Assembly: GCA_000934665.2 (NCBI GenBank)
Contig: KZ538324.1
Span: forward strand, 1 to 64,000
Source: Catajapyx aquilonaris
Taxonomy: Eukaryota
DNA: 64,000 nt
Reading direction: 5' to 3'
In this document: piece by piece, positions 12,001-24,497 of the stretch
Layout of the letters: each line of letters opens with the position of its first letter
Position numbering within the stretch: the stretch's first letter is position 1
Program-made: the position numbers and the translations under genes
The notes under the pieces: model-generated
Database searches by the model: none
What the model saw: the letters and a program-made list of their open reading frames with translations, nothing else
What the model was told of the DNA's origin: nothing

Positions 12001-15000
12001 CATGTCCATGAGGCAAATTACACTAATTACAAAATGTCATCTTGAAAAATTACTGATGGGTTGTCGATAAAGTAACCATGCTGACTTATTGCTTTATTAT
12101 TTATCTGCTTTATTGACCCTGCTAGTCCACGTTAGTTCATGGCATGCAAAGTCACACAACCCCACTCCTCACCTCAAAAAGTAAGTAATGCTGCTGTGGA
12201 CCACACCTGCACCCCCACCCCCACCCCCCACCCGCCTCCCCCAATTAACTTTTCATTGAATTTGGCGCTAAATTTTTTGATGCGTTTGTTTCATTTTGAA
12301 TATTGAGAGTGATGTGACATTTGGCCAACCCTCCTCCACCAACCCCCAGCACTTTAAGGACAACCCTCAGACATAATCTAAGATAAATATGCAATAGGTA
12401 CATGGGTGAAGAACCGAAAAGAAAATTAAGGCCATGATGTCACTGGTATCATCAGTCCAAAAAGAATTGTCCCTCGCGTCGAGCGGGCAGCCACGCATCA
12501 GGATGAAAGGAACCAGTTAATTGGTTGCTTTCATCCTGATGCGTGGCTGCCCGCTCGACGCGAGGGACAATTCTTTTTGAACCGTTGATACCAAGGCTAC
12601 AGTAATTGGCCCATATTCATGTCAGATAACAACAAACTTGAAAGCCTGTCCACCAATTTTAAAACACACAAGAGGTACCCTGTTGACAATTTGCTGCTGC
12701 TGGGCATGCTTTTGCCTTAGACTAGCCAACTCCTTCCACAGAGCCTCATTCTCTTTTTTCATGTTGGACAACTTGGAATCCATATTCTCCTGCTTGCCCT
12801 TTAGTTGCTTCACATCTGTCAGCATCCTGGCTACCAGCTGTTGGCCCTGACGATTATCATCCTGCCTGCTTGCAGGAAGCTGCAAGAAAAATGGACAGTT
12901 TCAACTCCATGCCAACTTTATGCAGTTCTTAAAATTTGAATTTTTCTCTCCACTGAGGCTGATATTTACAAGTTGATACACCTATGCCCTGCTTTTAAGG
13001 GCCTTCACTTAAGAGTTTATACTTGCACATGAAGAAGCCATTACTGTATTTTTTTTGTTTTTAACCTACTTCATCTTTTTATGGAAAATACATCTCTGCA
13101 GATCTGTCAAACATTGACATGGCATATGTGATGCTGAAAAGGAACACAGTTATCTCCTAAAGGCCGCTTCACAAACTCGGCGTTGCGAAAGCGGGGTGTG
13201 TGGGCCTTCCGCTCATCGCACGCAGAAAGTCCACCCGGTTGGACGCCAGGGCAACGCTCGCGCTCGGTCATCGCACGCAGCATGTGTGAATAGCCCTTCG
13301 CAAATTTTCCGCACTCCGCACGCCCCGCTCGCGCAAATCCAAGTTTGTAAAACGGGCATTTCGCCCCGCTTTCACAATGCCGAGTTTGTGAAGTGGCCTT
13401 CACTCAGTTTTTCTCTTGAAGTATTTGGCAGGGCTAATTGCATTACTCTCCCTACTACAAATGATTATTCTTACATCTCAAAATTTTGTTATTGTGTCTC
13501 TGCAATTTCTATTGACCTCAATATTGGGACATTCTATTATTACTATACTTATATTGTGCATTAAAATGGAAAAATTTACATTGATTGAATAAAGTACAGG
13601 TAAAATCTCGTTACAACGAAACCGGCAGGACCGGGCATAATATGTTTTTGTAATAGCGAAGTTTCGATACATAGAGATTGGTTATTTTTATTTCCCCTGC
13701 AAGTATGTCCGAATCTGTCAACTCCTGGCACACATGTATGTCGTCATCTGCTGCTACAAAATCGTGGAAGGTAGCTTCATCCGGCACCCCGGTGCTTTCA
13801 GTGGCCTCCACACAGACAGGTCGTCAGGGTCGTCAGAGTCTTCAGTGTCCTAGTCACTCCCCAAAACAGACACTGCCGACCCTGTGATACAACGTTTACC
13901 CCAACAGTTCGCGATTGTTGATGGTGTTGCGCACGACCACGCTTCAGAGATCATGTCGATGGCTTGCTTGACGTTTATGGCACACTTGCTTATCGCTAGA
14001 CAGTGCTGGAGCATTGCACTAGCGCCTATTTCATTATATCGGGTTCAAGACTAGCCAGGGAACCACCGTTCATATCCGTTGTACTGAAAATTTTGTAGTA
14101 ACGCATTTCAGAATAATCAAGATTACAAATGCATTCTCTTATGGTTGGCCAATCAAAATTTAAATTTTTTTGCACTTTCTATTGAAATTTCGTTGTATTG
14201 GTATTCGCTAAAACGAGATTTGACCAGTATTACAATTTACGTCCAATAAGAAATGTGAAGTTTTTGCTCCACTTTGCTATTAACCCCTTCCCTACCAGAT
14301 CTGCGGAAATCGCAGTACTTCGAGTGAATTAAATTAATAATTACAACGGCTTGCCTCTCACTTCAGAAAACTCCAAAATATATTGATTTAATTATTTCAA
14401 AGTACGAGTTTCAGCAGATTAGTCATAGCACGATTCTCAAGGTTGTTATATATTTTAACGTATTTCATAATTAAATCAGCCAAACAGTTGGCCGGTAGTA
14501 ATTTAATTTCACATTGTTACGACAATCTTTTTTGGAAATTAATTTTGCGACTTCTAGAAGTGGAAAATTGTTCCAAACGTATTCCTAGTAATAATTCATA
14601 CCCCGTTATCAGCCTTTTTCGGCTCTTTAGGGGGGAAGTTTTCTGTTGCCTGGAACTCTTTGCTTTCATTTTACTGCACTTTTTGGGATGGGATAGGGAT
14701 GGAAGGAAGCGGCTGTGGCCTGTTAATTATGGAAATAACTCCGGAATTTTCCTGGAAGGACCGTGGGAAACCACAGAAAACCACGGTCAGAGTTGCCGGC
14801 CCCGGTATTTGATCCCAGGACCTCCCGATTAGCAGTCGGACACCGTATCCCCTACTCCAAACTGCTTCGGTGCGTATTCCTAGTGTACATGCACAACCCT
14901 CTGCAAGACTCAATAGAAAGGACAACCAAGGATGCAGGGTATGTTCTAGAAAGGTGTGTCCAGTTACTGTACTTCTATTGTTCTTAACACTCTCATTGTT

Positions 15001-18000
15001 CTTCATATTAACGAAATGAGCATGTTTTCCTGCATGTGGAACTGCCTGACTTGGTGCAAGTCAGGAGGAGACAATATTAATCCAAGTTATCTCATCGTCA
15101 GGGAGAGAATTTCACACCAATTGATGACCTTCCTAATGCAGTTACTCTTGCAGTTACTTTTATAGTCATTATGAAAGTAATAGCTGCTAATATCAGATGG
15201 ATGGAGCACATTATTTTTAACTCCTGCAATAATGGGTTCAATCATTGATATCCAATGCCAATTATTCCAAAGGCCTATCAATTACAATTCATAACTTGCA
15301 TAAAATATTCAAATTATTTTTGCTAATGTGACCAGCCAATTATTTTGAAAATCATTGAAAGTAACTCTGCAACCAAAGTAAGCGGTTCAAAATAACCAGC
15401 TTAGAAACAAAAAATTGCTAACCATATAAGGTCATTTCAATAAGAACATCCTTAACACAAAATAGTCTTGCCAAGCAATCCCTGAATATGAATGGTGACA
15501 ACTGAAAAGTAGTTAACAGCATCCCAGAATCTCCCTGAATTGAATTGCGACAAATTATGCCACAATTGAGTGACTTCCTGAAAACTTTGTTTCCTTAGTT
15601 TTCTTACTTCATGGCATATACAATAAAATGCCAGCATATTGCTTGTGAGTGACAGACTGGCTCAAAGTCCTGATGTGATTGGGTTGACAAGCATGTTCCC
15701 AAATCAAACCCCTTCCAACCAACACTCCACACCAACCTGTCAATTGCTCAATAACTATTACAAGGTGATCATTCTTGCATACTTCTTTCCATTTGTAACA
15801 TTTAGAGTCTAGACTATGAAATCTAAAAAATATTAATATTCTAGTCTCTAGTGTATTATTTGGCAGTCTTTTTTTGAATTATTACCTGCGATAGGGCCTT
15901 GGGCCCTTTTAGAGGGGGAATGCGAAGTTCCCAAGGGAGGGCGCTCTTAAATAGTTTTTACTCATTTCAGACCCTCTTAACTCTTAAACCGCCGCGGCAA
16001 CACCGCTTGACTTAATCATATTTTTAAAAATTCAATATCTCACCAAGGCGATGTGTTAGCCCCATGTCGCGTATATCATTCGAACCCCACCGAATCGCTG
16101 CTCCCGCTAGATCTACTGTGCAGCTCCCATAGTCTAGGCTGTGCATAGCGTAATGTAGCTATAACTATTTATTTCTACGCGAGTCGGAAAAAACGTAGCG
16201 GTGAAATTTACGGGTTCAAAGAACACTTATATGCAAATTATCACTTAAAATCCGATCTAAAACATTTCTGAAGTCACAGAATTGAGCTAGAATTTACACA
16301 ATCTCTATCGCTGTGCGTAGAACTCTTTCCAATATGGTCCCCGGAAGATGACGTCATCCGAAAAAGTCTGACAAAGCACTTGAGCATGTAATTTTTGTGT
16401 TGAATTCTGCGTCTTTTGCTTGTGAATATGCCGAAAACCACATTCATTTATGATTATATATATATATATATATTTTTTTGCACAAAAATCTCAAAATTTT
16501 TGTCGGAAATTGTCCGTTGAGGATGGACACAGCAGGGAAAAAGTTAAATACCAGACCTTTTCTCTTGGCCCTGGCTCCCTGGCCCTGGGCAGAGAAGGGA
16601 GTGCAATTCTGCCAGAATATGTCAGGTGAAAAGCAGGAAAATACCCAACCAAGTGAAGGTGACAGAGATGGGATGTGAACCCCGGACCTCCCGCTTGGCT
16701 GGCCAGTAGCACAGCCACTAGGCCACCATGCGTCCATGCCCCCTATTATTTTTTGGCACTATTGGCAGTCTTATCTCTTGATTGATATATGGTTGAAAAC
16801 TTACAAAACATTATACAACAGGAGCTATTGGAGTAATTCTAGTTACCTTTCTCTTTATGTTTTCCAGGAGATATGGTTGACCACGCATAAAGTAAATATG
16901 TGCAAACTCCATGTCCTCCCGCTCCACCTTCAGTCCTCCAGATTCCACTGACACAATTTTATGGAAACCATCTGCACCAAAATGAAATGTTGATATTAGT
17001 CACACACACACACACAGCATCAATAATGAGTTGCAATTATTCCTACTTACACATATTCAACTGTCTAACGAAGCTTGCCATGTTGTTGTGTTTATAATAC
17101 AGTGGAAGAAGCTCCTTGGCAAACTCAGACTGGTTTTTTATGACGAAGCTTGTTCCATTCTGAAAATAAAACAAGAAAAAAAATGTGAATACTAAGGTCA
17201 ATAAGCTATTAAACTCCTCCATTCCCAAGGGCATGCGAGTCAGTTTTTCAACCAGTGGATATGTTTCTGAATGTGGGCTAAATGGACATTCCTGGTGTAC
17301 TAATTCCTCATACACATCATATGTGCAAAAAAATATATATATCTGGAAATCTGTGCAGTGTGTAACGCACATATAGCAAATGCACTGTATGTAGGCATAT
17401 ACTAGTAGCCTAGGTCATGTCCTCTGGAAGGTTGCACAAGACCTGGTGTAAACAACCTTGGGCATACTTGATGCTTCGGATGTGATAAGCAGAAACTTTT
17501 GTGACATCACTAGCATAGGGAAAAATGTCGTGTACATGTATAATATGCCGTACATTACTGTGCACTAAATAATCCCATCCAGATTAGAACTTGTTTATAA
17601 ACTTTACCTGAGAAATGTCAATAGTTTTATTGGTATTGCTCAAACATATGTTGATTATAAAGGGAAGCAACCTCAGAGAATATTCTTTGTGAATGTTGCA
17701 AAGATGATAAGAATTTGTTGTGAAGTTGGAAATAATAACAATATTATCTTTCAGGTGTCATTAACACTGCAAATAATAAATTACTCATTACCTGTTGAAG
17801 CTGGGTTACATGATTGCTAAAAAATGCAAAATAGATGGCTAACCCTTGTTATTCCTATTCAAATAGTGTTACCAAGAATGCACATGACTCGCATCTACTA
17901 TTTAAACATAACTTGAACTGAGAGAGATTATTTGTGAAAATGTGGCAAGCTAATATGAACCACAAAAGCTGTTCTCCAACAGTGCATTGTTATAATTCCA

Positions 18001-21000
18001 GTGACATGGCAGCCCTCCTAAATAAATGCAATGTACTATAAATTCATCATCCCAGTAATAAAAAAAGTATGCAGAATATTAAAATTTGCAAAGAAAAATC
18101 ATCCCATAGAATTTCTTGAATTTTTGAGTTTGAATGTTCCCCAACTATTTAATGTAATGTCAAATTTGAATAGCTTCTAACAATGTATTAATGTAACACA
18201 TTAGTCATTTGCCTGACCATCACTGAATTTCCTAATGTCAAAACAAAAATTTGTTGAGAAAGTGCTTGTTAATTCAATTTAATTTAATTAAACCTTGCTG
18301 AGAGATGGACATGAAGGTCACATTTTATCAAAGTTGTGAAGTAATTACATGAAGTCTTCACAAATGATCACTGACTGATGGGGAGAGTAGGTGGCGCTCT
18401 ATTCCCCCTATTTTTCTCCTTCAGGGAAGAAATTAAGAGTTCCCATTTTGCATATTTTTCACAGGTAATGTGTACACAAAACCTGCAGCCATAGCCAAAT
18501 TATCCGTACACCAGTTTTTCTTGACATACTGCAATGTGCAGAGTAATTATAATGGTTGTTGTTGTAAAAAGGTGTAAAACTGCATTCCCAACAAGCAATA
18601 TTTTCAGTAAATAAATGCACAATAGTTAGAAAAGATATTGTAATTCAGTTCCAGATACACTTGCTTGAAAAACATGGCTTAGATCCTAATTAATAATTAA
18701 AAATTACTCCCTGACACATGGGTGACCGTAAGCAGCACTTGGTAGTAGCAAATCATGCAAGAGCCACGTGTGCTCGTATAGTCATATAGACAGACAGGCA
18801 AACACACCAAGTTAGCCAGTCAGTCACACAAAGCTGAACAAGACACACAAATATTGATAGGTAAACTGCAAGCTGTGGGTGCAACTTTGTGAACTGGAAC
18901 TACAAATATTGATCACGGTCTTGCCTTTGAGACTGTGGATACAAGTCAACATTCTGAAAATTATTTGGATATGGCATCTATGATATCTTAATATTATTAG
19001 TTCAATTCTGTCAGCATATTTACTAAATTAACAATACAGTTCCATATGTACAACCTCGGCACTGGTAACTCTGGATTATACTCTATGATTATACACATCA
19101 TCATCAAGGGATTTTCCCCTGTATAAAGGGTAGTCAATCATATACATAAAACAATGTGCATAATTAAGTAACACAGAATCACTGAACTCTTAACAAACCC
19201 AAATCCACCCATATCCTCAGTGAAATAGCTTTCTAAGTTTAAACGTTCCTCACCACTACACCCATTTAAGCTGCAACAGAAATGCATCTCAACCATAAGC
19301 ATGACTTATAAGTTCATTGGCCAGCAGCAGCATCTCAAGCTTTGTCAGATAAGAATGCATCTATTTAGGTCAGGTAAGTTTACCAAGTGGTATCTGGATT
19401 GTGGACTACCACCATAAAACTGACATGTAAATATACCTTCCCAGACATTAAGATTGTATGCTGAATTGGCTTAGAAATTCATATCATCACCATTATTTTA
19501 GTTTAGTAGATACATTATGCAACGCTAACACAAATTTATTTTTATTTGGTAATCATTTCGGAACCTTGAACTGAAGTGTGACACATCTCTTTACCACTAC
19601 TTGATTCGTATAAGAACAAGTCATGTGCAGTATGTAATCATCCCACTAAATTAAAATGTAAAGGCCCACATACATAGATACTCCCTCTGCAATTCCCAAG
19701 TTTGAGAATGGCTATACATATTGCAATGACATGTAATAACTTTAGAAGACAATGCCAAATGAGTCATAACATTTTCACAGTCCAGTGATTCCCATCAAAA
19801 AATCCATCTATTGATAAAACCATCCTTAGCAACTGCATCATGCACTGCTCAATTCTCCATTCCCAGATATAGTGAGTAAAACAAAACAACGATCTGACGT
19901 CATCAAGGTTTCCATGGAAATAACCTCACAGTACAATACGAGTAAACCGTGTCAACACAAAGCAACAATGTAAGAAACGATGGCGTCAGATCGTCATTTG
20001 GTTTTCCGCACTATACATGCTGCTGAACTCTGGCTGAACTAGATGAGCCCTTCCAATTTAAATAATTAAAAAATCCTTGAAGTAAGTTCATTGCTCATTT
20101 TGGATATTTTAAATGGCAAAGCATTGGATATAACCCTCCCTTATGATAACATCCTTGCAGGATGACCTAATGACTGGTTAATACTAGAATTAAGTAAGTT
20201 ACCAACATGTGCTGGAGAAAAACAAACAGGCCAAGTGTATTCCACGATAGATGCAATTATTAATGCATTTTTATAAGATTAAAATATTCTTTTTGCCCCA
20301 CAAACATGCACAATCAATGTATATTATGTGTTGCGCAATTGAGTTCACCTCCATGTCTCTGTCACTAATTTCCACCTGCTACGTGAGCCAAATTCTAAAA
20401 CATGTGATATTCAGGGAGGTAAAAATGTGAGATATAATTATTATGCTTGCAGCTGCTACTGTGCCCACATTGGCCCCAGCAAACACAATGGAATACGTAC
20501 TACGTAAATCCCACATGTTTCAACGTAAAATGCTTATTTGAAACTTTCATAACCAAAAAGATTACATTCACTATGACATTCTGAGTCCACTTAAAATCAG
20601 ATCACGTCTGCTGCGACATGAATATGCTAACTACAAGACCTGTGTCATAGCTACTGTGTAAACATTATGAGGCTGAAATTTTGCTTGCTTTCAAGTAAAC
20701 TTGGACCCTTGCAACAGGTATTGTCTTCATACGTGGGTGTTGAACGTTGCATGCAGGACACTCAGAGATGGACAACACAGGAGCTTGCTTTCGAGTGTGG
20801 TACAAGTCAGAGCACTATCCTTAGGACTCTGAAAGACTAAACGATCTCAGGAAGTTGGTATCCTCACCGGTTCTTCACCTTCTCTTTGAGATTGCCCTCG
20901 CTTGGAACTCGATCGCAGTGAAGGCAATGGTTTGTTTAAAAACAGTTTGTGGCGATGGATCACACAGTCATGGCTCCGGTCATAGCGCTCTGACTTGTCC

Positions 21001-22007
21001 CACACTTGAAAGCAAGCTCCCATGTTGTCGATCTCTGAGTGCCCAGCATGCAGCGTCCAACAGCTCTAAGGGTGTCAGGCTCGGGCCATCTTAGGGCGAC
21101 GGTGCGGTGGGGGGGGTCATGACCCTCCTTTGTTTCCCCGCCCCCCTTGCACTACGGGCAACATCTATATGTCACAGATCACATTGTAATCGCCGGAGCT
21201 TCAAAACTCAGGAAAGGTCATCTCTGTATGTGTTACTGAGAATAAAAAAATACGCGCCATGACTTATGAAACAACCCATGTATTTGGGGCTGCAATAGTA
21301 CACAACATTTTAGTAACAACAAAACTATAACCATGTCAGTTGCACAGCAAGAAGTACATCCTTATTCATAAGTTGACACATTGATCAGTCAAAAGTGAAA
21401 CCAACACACAAGCAAGTAACTCCTACATGTGGTCAAAATGTTTCATTTTGTTTATCGGCAGTGCAGTGTACGTAGTAGTATTGTGACGTCATTATCTTAC
21501 AATCTCTTCCCAGAGTGGACACAACGGCTCGCAGCAGAATAAACGAATGCATTGTGTACAGTGCCAATACACCAGTGCTATACACCAGCTAATAAACAAA
21601 TGGCCCTATCTTGCCACACAACGCCCACAAATGGGTTGGCGCATAACTTCCCTTCACAAAATTGCCATTTTGCCATAAAAATGTGCTCCTTGTGACAACT
21701 CCTCTGCTCTAGATTAATACCTCCCTCTTTTGAAACCCTGCCAATGGAACATCCTCCCCCGGCATGAGCCCCCCCAAGTAAACAACTCCATGTTAGCTCA
21801 CACAATATGATCTGAGCATTACAGCACATGTCCTGGTGCCAACCCAATGCAACATTACCCAACCCTCTTAAAAAGCAGAAACAATGTAAAAAGGGTGACC
21901 TCGTTCCAGGAGATGAGGCTGTCCGTGTTCCGATCCTCGACCAGCCTCCAGAGCTTGGCCAGGAAGGCAGGCACGCTCCCTCCGCCCATCTCGCCCGTGG
22001 TGTGCAT
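6084..22007 (-). CDS. Hsf: Heat shock transcription factor (HSF1-like), ~560 aa core isoform
   Basis: Exons (minus): 21900-22007, 17051-17159, 16847-16971, 12679-12879, 11750-11893, 11330-11490, 9589-9996, 7699-7804, 7403-7478, 6084-6328; all phases are consistent. DNA-binding domain [60 protein letters not shown] motif. HR-C in 7699-7804. C-terminal LNTP and a basic PPKKAKR tail. Confidence 0.95.
7938..8475 (-). mobile_element. pogo-family (POGK/Brinker-DBD type) internally deleted DNA transposon
   Basis: TA TSD. TIR CCGTATTTACTCGCATATAAGACGCA is perfect at both ends, with repeated TGCGTCTTATA subterminal motifs. Minus-strand remnant 8085-8177 [30 protein letters not shown] resembles the N-terminus of a pogo transposase. 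Confidence 0.85.
10720..10804 (-). CDS. Candidate HSF cassette exon (85 nt)
   Basis: Very strong pyrimidine tract plus CAG acceptor on the minus strand (10805-10855); donor AG|GTGGAA. Open only with phase-1 entry and phase-2 exit: [27 protein letters not shown]. Confidence 0.5.
11252..11271 (-). CDS. Candidate HSF micro-exon (20 nt)
   Basis: Preceded by a 58-nt GTGAGT..CCTAAT..CTAG intron from exon 11330-11490. Phase 2 in, phase 1 out; encodes (D)LEREDF. Donor GTAGGA is weak. Confidence 0.45.
12444..12593. repeat. Near-perfect 150-bp CpG-rich palindrome in an HSF intron
   Basis: AAAAAGAATTGTCCCTCGCGTCGAGCGGGCAGCCACGCATCAGGATGAAAG is followed by its exact reverse complement, centred on AACCAGTTAATTGGTT. 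Confidence 0.9.
13161..13399. mobile_element. PIF/Harbinger (Tourist-like) MITE
   Basis: TIR AGGCCGCTTCACAAACTCGGCGTTGCGAAAGCGGGG vs CCCCGCTTTCACAATGCCGAGTTTGTGAAGTGGCCT. Flanked by TAA/TCA. Confidence 0.75.
13597..14227 (-). mobile_element. Tigger/pogo-like transposon remnant
   Basis: TA-flanked TIRs CAGGTAAAATCTCGTTACAACGAA / TTCGCTAAAACGAGATTTGACCAG. Minus-strand fragments [28 protein letters not shown] (~13896-13979) and [23 protein letters not shown] are typical of a Tigger transposase C-terminus. Confidence 0.8.
14590..14872 (-). mobile_element. tRNA-Ser-derived SINE, second copy
   Basis: Reverse-complement homolog of 3916-4225. TSD CGTATTCCTAGT at 14578-14589 and 14873-14884. B-box degraded and tail short. 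Confidence 0.9.
16545..16735 (-). mobile_element. Older tRNA-derived SINE (different family)
   Basis: Minus-strand A-box-like TGGCCTAGTGG and B-box-like GGTTCACATCC at tRNA spacing. 3' boundary uncertain. Confidence 0.55.
19868..20015. mobile_element. Small MITE with ~40-bp imperfect TIRs
   Basis: TATAGTGAGTAAAACAAAACAACGATCTGACGTCATC vs the reverse complement of GATGGCGTCAGATCGTCATTTGGTTTTCCGCACTATA. Confidence 0.6.
20738..21062. repeat. Inverted repeat with ~80-bp arms in HSF intron 1
   Basis: Arm 20738-20818 and arm 20982-21062 are imperfect reverse complements, separated by a ~160-nt spacer. Confidence 0.8.
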
Positions 22008-24497
22008 CGCCCTTCCCCCGCCTCCGCCTTCCTCTCCCCGTCTGCCCGGCTGGGCAGATGCAATCCTGCCGCTTCTCCGCGTGGTCCGAATGGTTGCTGA
22101 CCTTCCTCGACCTCTCTGAGACGACCAAGTCCGGCACCAAGAACACCGCTTCAGAACGTCCACTTCCAAACCCTTCGAAGCGTAGTGGCGTAGTTCCTTC
22201 CTGACTTCACAACATGGCACGCAGAAAGGCGAATTAATCACACGCGCATCCCATTCCGCGCACTCAAGATGGACACTGGAGAACGCTGATTGGCTGGATG
22301 GGTAGTGGGGGGGGAGGGGGGGGGAGATAGCATAGCTGCTGTACGAATAGCTGCTTTTTGGTCAGCTGATCGAAATGGAGGGATCTTGCGAACGCGGTTT
22401 CATCAACAATGAATGACAAACTCGGACAAACTATATTGTGGCTCTTTTTCCAGTTGGGAAATGTTTTCTGGGGGATGGTGCAACCGGACATTTAACGTCA
22501 CACTTATTAAAGGAGGTTTCGTCAGGGATTAGCATAATCGCCAATTGAATTACATTATAGCTATAAACATAGTAGGTGGTTATATTTACAATGGTAACTA
22601 ACCATATCATGCGGTACCGGTACAGTCGGTACAGTGCTGGACAAACAGTATTAGCTTTGGTATTAGCAGTCCCTAAATGTTTATTTACGGCATTGGCGGG
22701 TGTGGCGTTATCTGGCAACACATTTTGAGGACTGCTAATACGTCCAGCACTGTACAGTACTGTTTTCATTTCTTGCCACTGTTACTGAATAAGGGCATTT
22801 TTGTGCTTGGCCGATAACGTTGCCAGCGTAACTTTGGTACTAATGAACTAGAGATAGGGATGGGTGGCACTTGCCGAGGTCATGGTTCTAGCGACGTAAA
22901 TGTCACTTGCGATATCAGGGGACAACATACGACGCTCATCTACAAGGCTCTATTTATAGTTCTGGTTTTGACGTCTTTTGCATTTGCAAATACAATATAC
23001 GGGTTCAATATAATAATATTAATAACAAATTAGATGACACTCGGGCGACCTTGAAGAGAAATGATTCCACCCCTCCCCCCGAAAATATCAAACTTACAAG
23101 TTAGCACAGTGCTGAACATATTAGCAGTGTACCATAATTTTTTATTATTCATGGCGAAGGAATGTGGAAACAACAGCAGTTCCACAACATCGGTAAGGTA
23201 ACAATAATATCCATGGTGGGTATACGCGTATACCATATATTATTAAAGTTATGTAGCTTGCATGAATGAGCATATTATATGAGCATATCATTTTAGAGTA
23301 TTTGTTTATATGCATATTATTAAGCATTTTTTTGTTTATGAACGATGATATATTTTTTTTCTTAATAACTCAGATTAACCTTGTCTGAGGTCAGTACTGC
23401 AAACAATGATAAGAATGTATAATTATGTGACATACGATAAGATCATATGCCATGTAGCGCAAATTATTTTTGAAAAGGTTGCAATGCTTTGTGTGGGTCG
23501 TCTGCGCATAGATTCTGCCAGGATATTCTACTTTTTCACTTTTATCATCCCTCTCTCGTAGGCTATATTATGACGAAGACGAAAACCTCTTATTAACGCC
23601 ACTTTGATGTGGAAAGGAAAGGGCATCATCCAGCGTCTATAAGAAATTCTAATGAGACATGAACGAATATCATGCATTTGATACAATGTGATACATGAAC
23701 ATGTGATACAATGTTTCTCAACCATCTTGACATTAAGGGTTTTTTAAATATCATTTCTGCGCGCGTCATTGAGTGCAGCCATGCGAAATATAGTCACATT
23801 CCCTCGTAAACATGTTTGAAGAAATATTTAATTCGTTGCTTGAAATGACACGCATCATTGCCAGAAAACATCCGCATTTTACTATTTTCAGCCCTATATC
23901 CTGCGCATTTGGCAGTGTCATTTTTGCATGAATTCAAATAGCAATAACGCTACACATTTCTCATAACTGTTTTTGAAATGAGCTAATTTGGCGTTATAGC
24001 TGTTTACCTTCAATGTCAATGTTCTCGATATCATATCTATCGGAATACATCACAGACGACTAATTGCGTTGTATCTTATGAGGTGAGTGTCCGGGTGCGT
24101 AACTTTTCATAAACTTGATCGAAATTGAGATACACGCTCGATCGGACCATGATCGGACCGATCGGACCAAAAGTCAAGAGAGTGCATGCAACCAACGCCA
24201 GGTGGGAGGAGAGTTGACATTACATGACCTTGGTGTCTTGCCATCTAACGGAGGCACTTTCAAACTGCAATTTGCGGCCATTTATGGTCACGTTTTCTCA
24301 TCGCCTGAATGAGTCATGCTCTTTGTTACTTCATGCGCATTGTAACATTGAGAATTAAATGCATTTTTAAAAAGCAACGTATGTTCACAGCATGTGTCAA
24401 ATCGGGCACATGTGATTACATGTGATGGGCTAGTGGCGCTAGGTGGATGAAGCGGCGGGAGATCGAACCAGCACCCAGACTGCACTGCACGTCCAAA
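22008..24497. promoter_or_regulatory. Divergent promoter region HSF/BOP1
   Basis: Head-to-head ATGs at 22007 (-) and 24498 (+). CpG-rich patches next to each start. TSSs were not located. Confidence 0.55.

Noticed and set aside
14280..14577. TTAACCCC piggyBac-like left end
   Set aside because: No matching right TIR was found.
15880..16440. CpG-rich, transposon-like segment in an HSF intron
   Set aside because: No termini, TSD or coding remnant could be defined.
22130..22210. GAA/TTC-rich stretch upstream of HSF as a heat shock element
   Set aside because: The spacing does not form contiguous inverted nGAAn units.
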